Shown in pieces: positions 59,243 to 64,000 of a stretch of DNA of 64,000 bases. Location: NCBI GenBank assembly GCA_022841665.1, contig JALHRB010000007.1, positions 54,196-118,195 on the forward strand, read 5' to 3'. Within the stretch, counting starts at the first letter, position 1. Every line of letters starts with the position of its first letter. A program made the translations under genes and the position numbers. Origin of the DNA: Pseudolabrys sp. Lineage in GTDB: Bacteria > Pseudomonadota > Alphaproteobacteria > Rhizobiales > Xanthobacteraceae. Under the pieces are notes generated by a model. It saw nothing but the letters and a program-made list of their open reading frames with translations, was not told where the DNA came from and made no database searches.

Positions 59243-59719
59243 TTAGCGCTTGGAGAACTGGAACGAGCGGCGGGCCTTGGCACGGCCGTACTTCTTGCGC
59301 TCGACCACGCGCGAGTCGCGGGTGAGGAAGCCGCCGCGCTTGAGCGCGCCGCGCAGCTCCGGCTCGAAGTATGTGAGCGCCTTGGAGATGCCGTGACGCA
59401 CCGCACCGGCCTGGCCGGACAGGCCGCCGCCGGAGACGGTGCAGACCACGTCGTACTGACCGGCGCGGTTGGCCGCGACCAGCGGCTGCTGGATCAGCAT
59501 GCGCAGCACCGGACGCGCGAAGAACACTTCGACGGTCTTGGTGTTGACCAGGATCTTGCCGGAGCCGGGCTTGATCCAGACGCGGGCGACCGCGTTCTTG
59601 CGCTTGCCGGTGGCATAAGCGCGGCCCTGCGGATCGACCTTCTTCTCGTACTTGGGAGCTTCCGGGGCGGAGGTCTTGAGGCTCGCCAAACCTTCCATCG
59701 ACTGTACGGTCTCGGCCAC
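59243..59719 (-). CDS. rpsI: 30S ribosomal protein S9
   Basis: 158 aa with C-terminal ..[11 protein letters not shown]. Confidence 0.96.
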   Translation of the reverse strand: MAETVQSMEGLASLKTSAPEAPKYEKKVDPQGRAYATGKRKNAVARVWIKPGSGKILVNTKTVEVFFARPVLRMLIQQPLVAANRAGQYDVVCTVSGGGLSGQAGAVRHGISKALTYFEPELRGALKRGGFLTRDSRVVERKKYGRAKARRSFQFSKR

Positions 59720-59721
59720 GG

Positions 59722-60186
59722 TCAGGCACTCCTCACGTTCTTGCGATTCATGGCGGCAACGTCGAGCTTCTCGGGCTTCTGCGCCTCATGCGGATGCTCG
59801 GGGCCCGGATAGACGCGCAGGTTTCCGAGCTGCACGCGGCCGAGCGGCCCGCGCGGCAGCATGCGCTCGATGGCCTTCTCGACGATACGTTCGGGGAAGC
59901 GGCCTTCCAGGATCGACTTCGCCGTGCGCTCCTTGATGCCGCCGATGAAGCCGGTGTGGTGGTGATACACCTTCTTCTCGCGCTTGCGGCCGGTGAGCAC
60001 CACCTTGGCGGCGTTGATGACGATGACGTTGTCGCCGTCGTCGACATGCGGGGTGTAGGTGGGCTTGTGCTTGCCGCGCAGATGCAGCGCCACGATCGAG
60101 GCGAGCCGGCCGACCACGAGCCCGGTGGCGTCGATGGTCACCCATTTCTTCTCGATGTCGGCGGCCTTGGCCGAATAGGTCTTCAT
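59722..60186 (-). CDS. rplM: 50S ribosomal protein L13
   Basis: Trimmed to [20 protein letters not shown]. 154 aa. Confidence 0.96.
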   Translation of the reverse strand: MKTYSAKAADIEKKWVTIDATGLVVGRLASIVALHLRGKHKPTYTPHVDDGDNVIVINAAKVVLTGRKREKKVYHHHTGFIGGIKERTAKSILEGRFPERIVEKAIERMLPRGPLGRVQLGNLRVYPGPEHPHEAQKPEKLDVAAMNRKNVRSA

Positions 60187-60340
60187 GACAAATCCTGTGG
60201 GATGTCCGCGCGCCGTCAGGGAGCGCGGCGATTGGCGCTCCTGTAGCCGAATGGGCTGGCGCCGGTCAACGCCCATGTACGATTATAAGTCCATAAATAT
60301 CAATGATTTGAAAGATTGGTATTTTAGTACCAGGACGTAA

Positions 60341-60769
60341 TTACCGGTCCGGGATCGAATAGGTCGAGGTCACATGGGCGACCGGCTCGTCCATGCTGGT
60401 CGAATAGATGTTCACCTCCCCCACCGCCAGCCGCTTGCCGACTTTCATCAGCCGGGCATGGGCGATGAGGTCGGCGGGGGCCGGCTTGCGCAGGAAGTTG
60501 ATGGTGAGGTTGGTCGTCACCGCCAGCGGTTCCGGGCCGATGGCCGAGAAAACCGCCACGTACATGGCGAAATCGGCCAGTTCCATCATGGTCGGGCCGG
60601 AGATGGTGCCGCCCGGGCGCAGATGGTCCTCGTGGTAGGCGCGCCGCACGCGCACGTCGCCATAGTCGATGCGTTCGAGCGTGAGCCCGCAGCCCGGAAA
60701 AAAGGCCTGGGGAAACTCCTTTTCGAGCAATTTCGCGATCTCGTCGGCGGACATGGCCGGCGCGGGCAT
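60341..60769 (-). CDS. PaaI-family hotdog-fold thioesterase
   Basis: 142 aa. Family-typical GTISGPTMMELAD and a C-terminal beta-sheet. Confidence 0.7.
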   Translation of the reverse strand: MPAPAMSADEIAKLLEKEFPQAFFPGCGLTLERIDYGDVRVRRAYHEDHLRPGGTISGPTMMELADFAMYVAVFSAIGPEPLAVTTNLTINFLRKPAPADLIAHARLMKVGKRLAVGEVNIYSTSMDEPVAHVTSTYSIPDR

Positions 60770-60836
60770 GGCTCCCCCCAGGCCGGCAGATCCGGCGCCC
60801 CCGTCTTAGACGGGGCGGCGCATGCGTCAATTGGAA

Positions 60837-61163
60837 TCAGTCCTTGCCGTAGAGCGCGCGCAACTCGTCCTTGGCCGCCTCCAGCTTGCGCTTGCGGGCT
60901 TTCGACAGGCCCTTGCCGGCGCGGTTGATGAAGAAGGTCAGCATCGACATGGCGGAGCGATACGGGCTCGATTTGCGCCGCCTGCTGCGCTCGGCCGACC
61001 GTTTGAGCGAGCGCGCGATCGCCTTGGCGCTGCCTTTTGTGAACACGCCCTCTTCCAGCGTGAGCGCGTCGCTCTCGCGCGTCACGCGGCCCGACCAGCG
61101 GCGGCCGCCGCCGCGTTTCGCCTTCTTCGTCTTGCGCTTCTTAGCCTTGGCCTTTTTTGCCAT
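60837..61163 (-). CDS. DUF3175-like lysine-rich small protein
   Basis: Trimmed to MAKKAKAKKRKTKK. 108 aa. Contains SAMSMLTFFINRAGKGL. Confidence 0.6.
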   Translation of the reverse strand: MAKKAKAKKRKTKKAKRGGGRRWSGRVTRESDALTLEEGVFTKGSAKAIARSLKRSAERSRRRKSSPYRSAMSMLTFFINRAGKGLSKARKRKLEAAKDELRALYGKD

Positions 61164-61251
61164 ATCGCTGTCACTCCGGCCCGTTAATGCGCGGGCTTGA
61201 ACGGCGTTCCGCCAGGCTTGCATGGCGGAGCCGCAGGGGTAAGGTCGGGTC

Positions 61252-62076
61252 ATGAACATCCAGACCGGCGGCCGCACCGAGACACCGGCGTCCGTGCTCC
61301 TGCGCGAGCGCGACGGTGACGTCGCGCTGGTCACGCTCAACCGCCCGGCCGCGCGCAACAGCCTGTCGGAAGAGCTGTTGAACGCGCTGTTCATCGCGCT
61401 CGGCGACATCGCCGCCGACACTTCGGTGCGCGCGCTGGTGATCGCCGCCAACGGCCCGGCCTTCTGCGCCGGCCACGACCTCAAGGAACTGACCGCGCGC
61501 CGCAGCGACGTCGACGGCGGCCGCGCCTTCTTCCGTCACACCATGACCACCTGCAGCGCGATGATGCAGCGTATCGTCAACCTGCCGCAGCCGGTGGTCG
61601 CCTGCGTGCAAGGCGTGGCCAGCGCCGCCGGCTGCCAGCTCGTCGCCAGCTGCGATCTTGCGGTCGCCTCGGACGCGGCCAAATTCGCCACGCCCGGCGT
61701 CGACATCGGCCTGTTCTGCTCGACGCCGATGGTGGCGCTGTCGCGCAACATCCCGCGCAAGCAGGCGATGGAGATGCTGCTCACCGGCGACATGGTGGAA
61801 GCGGCACGCGCCGCCGCCATCGGCCTCGTCAACCGCGTCGTCCCAGCCGGCGAGGAACGCGCAGCCGCGCTCGCGCTCGCCCATCAGGTCGCCTCGAAGT
61901 CGTCCTACACGTTGAAAGTCGGCAAGGAAGCATTCTACCGCCAGCTCGACATGGGCCTCGCCGACGCCTATGCCTACGCGTCCGAGGTGATGACCGAGAA
62001 CATGATGGCGCGCGACGCCGAGGAAGGCATCTGCGCCTTCATCGAAAAGCGCGAGCCGAAATGGGAAGACCGCTGA
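61252..62076 (+). CDS. Enoyl-CoA hydratase/isomerase (crotonase) family protein
   Basis: 274 aa with the oxyanion-hole region FCAGHDLKE..GVASAAGCQLV. Confidence 0.85.
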   Translation: MNIQTGGRTETPASVLLRERDGDVALVTLNRPAARNSLSEELLNALFIALGDIAADTSVRALVIAANGPAFCAGHDLKELTARRSDVDGGRAFFRHTMTTCSAMMQRIVNLPQPVVACVQGVASAAGCQLVASCDLAVASDAAKFATPGVDIGLFCSTPMVALSRNIPRKQAMEMLLTGDMVEAARAAAIGLVNRVVPAGEERAAALALAHQVASKSSYTLKVGKEAFYRQLDMGLADAYAYASEVMTENMMARDAEEGICAFIEKREPKWEDR

Positions 62077-62303
62077 TGACCGCCGGGCTTGCGCTGGACT
62101 TCCGTCTCGGCCGCACCGCCATGCTGCGCTGGCTCGCCGCCGGCACCGCCTGGGGCCTGGCGCTATCCGCCGGCTTCTTCGGCCTTGCGCTCTGGCAATG
62201 CGGCATTCCCTGCCCCGACGACGTGGCGCTCACCGCGCTCACCTGCGTCGGCACCGGCCTTCTCACGCTCGGGCCGCTCGCGGCCTTCACCACCCCACGC
62301 TAA
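62076..62303 (+). CDS. Hypothetical small membrane protein
   Basis: 75 aa, two hydrophobic segments. Its ATG overlaps the upstream stop (TGATG). Confidence 0.4.
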   Translation: MTAGLALDFRLGRTAMLRWLAAGTAWGLALSAGFFGLALWQCGIPCPDDVALTALTCVGTGLLTLGPLAAFTTPR

Positions 62304-62322
62304 CGTCAACCAAGAGGACTCC

Positions 62323-62547
62323 ATGACGCGCATCGTTCTTGCCGCCGCTCTCAGCATTGCTTCGCTCGCGCCCGCGCTGGCGCAGGATTTCACCGCCGCG
62401 CAGCGCGCCGCCTGCAAGAGCGACTACGACAAATACTGCAAGGGCACGATGCCGGGCGGCGGCCGCGTGATCGCCTGCCTCGCCAAGCACAACGGCAGCC
62501 TCACCGACGCCTGCAAGAAGGTCGTCGCCGACGCCTCGAAGAAGTAG
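62323..62547 (+). CDS. Secreted cysteine-rich repeat protein
   Basis: Trimmed to MTRIVLAAALSIASLAPALA, with an AGAGGA RBS. Two C..D/G..C..CL..C-type half-repeats. Confidence 0.5.
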   Translation: MTRIVLAAALSIASLAPALAQDFTAAQRAACKSDYDKYCKGTMPGGGRVIACLAKHNGSLTDACKKVVADASKK

Positions 62548-62646
62548 CCTCGCAGCCGGGTCACGCCGGCTTGATGCCTCGGCCCTTCCCGGCCGGGGCG
62601 CGGCTGCCTATGTTCGCAAGCGACGCAGGCATTCGGGCGGCTTTCC

Positions 62647-63264
62647 ATGAACAATGCTTCGCTGGTTTTCACGCCGGCCGCGCAGCAGGCGCAGGCCGAA
62701 CGCGGCTCGTCGACGGCTTATGCGGGGCGCATCGCCGAGGGCTTTCCCGACACGGTGACGCCCGAGCTCGCGCAGTTCATCGCCCAGCTCGACACCGCTT
62801 TCCTCGCCACCGCGACCGCCGGCGGCGCGCCCTACATCCAGCACCGCGGCGGCCCGAAGGGTTTCATCAAGGTGATCGACGAAAAAACGCTCGGCTTTGC
62901 CGACTATCGCGGCAACCGGCAATACATCACGCTCGCCAATCTTTCGGAGAACGACCGCGCCTATCTGTTCCTGCTCGACCCGGCACGCCGCCAGCGCATC
63001 AAGCTCTGGGGCCGCGCGCGCGTCGTCGAAAACGACGCCGCGCTGGTCGAAAAGCTGTTCGATGCCGGCTATAAGGCCAAGCCCGAGCGCGCCATTTTGT
63101 TCACCATCGAGGCCTGGGACGTGAACTGTTCGCAGCACATCGTCACGCGCTTCACCGAAACCGAGATCGAGGAGGCGTTTGCCGTCGTGCAGGAAAAAGT
63201 CGCCGCGCTGCAAGCCGAGAACGAACGCCTGCGCGCCTTGCTCGCAACCGCCGGGCTGCCATGA
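62647..63264 (+). CDS. Pyridoxamine 5'-phosphate oxidase-family (FMN-binding split-barrel) protein
   Basis: 205 aa. Contains HRGGPKGFIKV and YRGNRQYITLANL. C-terminal coiled-coil tail. Confidence 0.7.
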   Translation: MNNASLVFTPAAQQAQAERGSSTAYAGRIAEGFPDTVTPELAQFIAQLDTAFLATATAGGAPYIQHRGGPKGFIKVIDEKTLGFADYRGNRQYITLANLSENDRAYLFLLDPARRQRIKLWGRARVVENDAALVEKLFDAGYKAKPERAILFTIEAWDVNCSQHIVTRFTETEIEEAFAVVQEKVAALQAENERLRALLATAGLP

Positions 63265-63806
63265 ACCACGACAGCTATCCCGACAGCTACATTCGCGGCA
63301 TCCTCAATACGGTGAAGACCGTCGCCATGGTCGGCTTCTCGCCCAAGGAGAACCGGCCGAGCTATTTCGCGTTCAAATATCTCCTGGAGCGCGGCTACCG
63401 CGTCATCCCGGTCAATCCCGGGCAGGCCGGCAAGGAAGTGCTGGGTCAGAAGATCTACGCAAAGCTGTCCGACATCCCCGACCCCATCGACATGGTCGAC
63501 GTCTTCCGCGGCTCCGAGCACGTGCTGCCGATCGTGCAGGAGGCGCTCACGCTGCAACCGAAACCGCAGGTGATCTGGATGCAGCTCACCGTGCGCAACG
63601 ACGAGGCGGCCAGGCTCGCCGAGGAGGCCGGCATGAAGGTGGTGATGAACCGCTGCCCGAAGATCGAGTACGGCCGCCTGTCGACGGAAATCTCCTGGAT
63701 CGGCGTCAATTCGCGCACGCTGTCGTCCAAGCGCGCCCAGATGTATGGCAAGGGCGTACAGCGCATGAGCCTCGGGCCCAAAGAAGAGACCAAGGACAAG
63801 AACTGA
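63261..63806 (+). CDS. CoA-binding domain protein (YccU-like)
   Basis: 181 aa. Contains VAMVGFSPKENRPSY and VIPVNP. ATGA overlap with the upstream gene. Confidence 0.8.
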   Translation: MNHDSYPDSYIRGILNTVKTVAMVGFSPKENRPSYFAFKYLLERGYRVIPVNPGQAGKEVLGQKIYAKLSDIPDPIDMVDVFRGSEHVLPIVQEALTLQPKPQVIWMQLTVRNDEAARLAEEAGMKVVMNRCPKIEYGRLSTEISWIGVNSRTLSSKRAQMYGKGVQRMSLGPKEETKDKN

Positions 63807-63919
63807 CGATCCCGATACCCGGCATCGTGCTGGCTTGACGCCCTGCCCGCCCGGCCCGTTAAATCCGCCCGACATCGGCGCGCCACAAGGCTAGCCGCAG
63901 CAGTTCACACGAGGATCCC

Positions 63920-64000
63920 ATGGCCGACGCCGACCGCATTCCGGGCTTTGCCACGCTGTCCATTCACGCTGGCGCCAAGCCCGACCCGACCACCGGCGCG
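63920..64000 (+). CDS. O-acetylhomoserine sulfhydrylase-like PLP enzyme, 5' partial (runs off the window)
   Basis: MADADRIPGFATLSIHAGAKPDPTTGA is the typical N-terminus of Cys/Met-metabolism PLP enzymes. Commonly follows a CoA-binding gene. Confidence 0.6.
   Translation, partial: MADADRIPGFATLSIHAGAKPDPTTGA

Overview
GC-rich alphaproteobacterial (Rhizobiales-like) chromosomal core, called from protein motifs and synteny only. Housekeeping blocks run in order. First pyrH-tsf-rpsB, dnaE, lolD plus a lol permease, and proS. Then a copper-handling cluster (DUF2946-YcnI-CopC-CopD), mce, RNase J and birA. A complete 14-gene nuoA-N complex I operon carries two extra ATGA-coupled ORFs and two hairpin-repeat insertions. 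A small accessory block follows, then tRNA-Asp, an HU gene and tRNA-Val. Next come lon-clpX-clpP-tig-tRNA-Leu, a multicopper oxidase, a secreted cyanovirin-N-homology lectin, nnr, glnB-glnA, an MHYT-PAS chemoreceptor, a diguanylate cyclase, rpsI-rplM and small metabolic genes. The stand-out is a ~2.17 kb strongly AT-rich insert at 40629-42799. It is bracketed by 280-bp near-identical direct repeats, each made of the lon terminator plus the last ~76 lon codons. It has no recognisable integrase or transposase. Its only cargo is an ATGA-coupled two-gene operon: a small Cys4 zinc-ribbon-like protein, and a 551-aa membrane-anchored protein ending in two OST-HTH/LOTUS-like repeats. This is a candidate uncharacterised accessory or defence-type module. 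Several families of palindromic REP-like elements occupy intergenic spacers. Many long antisense ORFs in the track are GC-driven artefacts.
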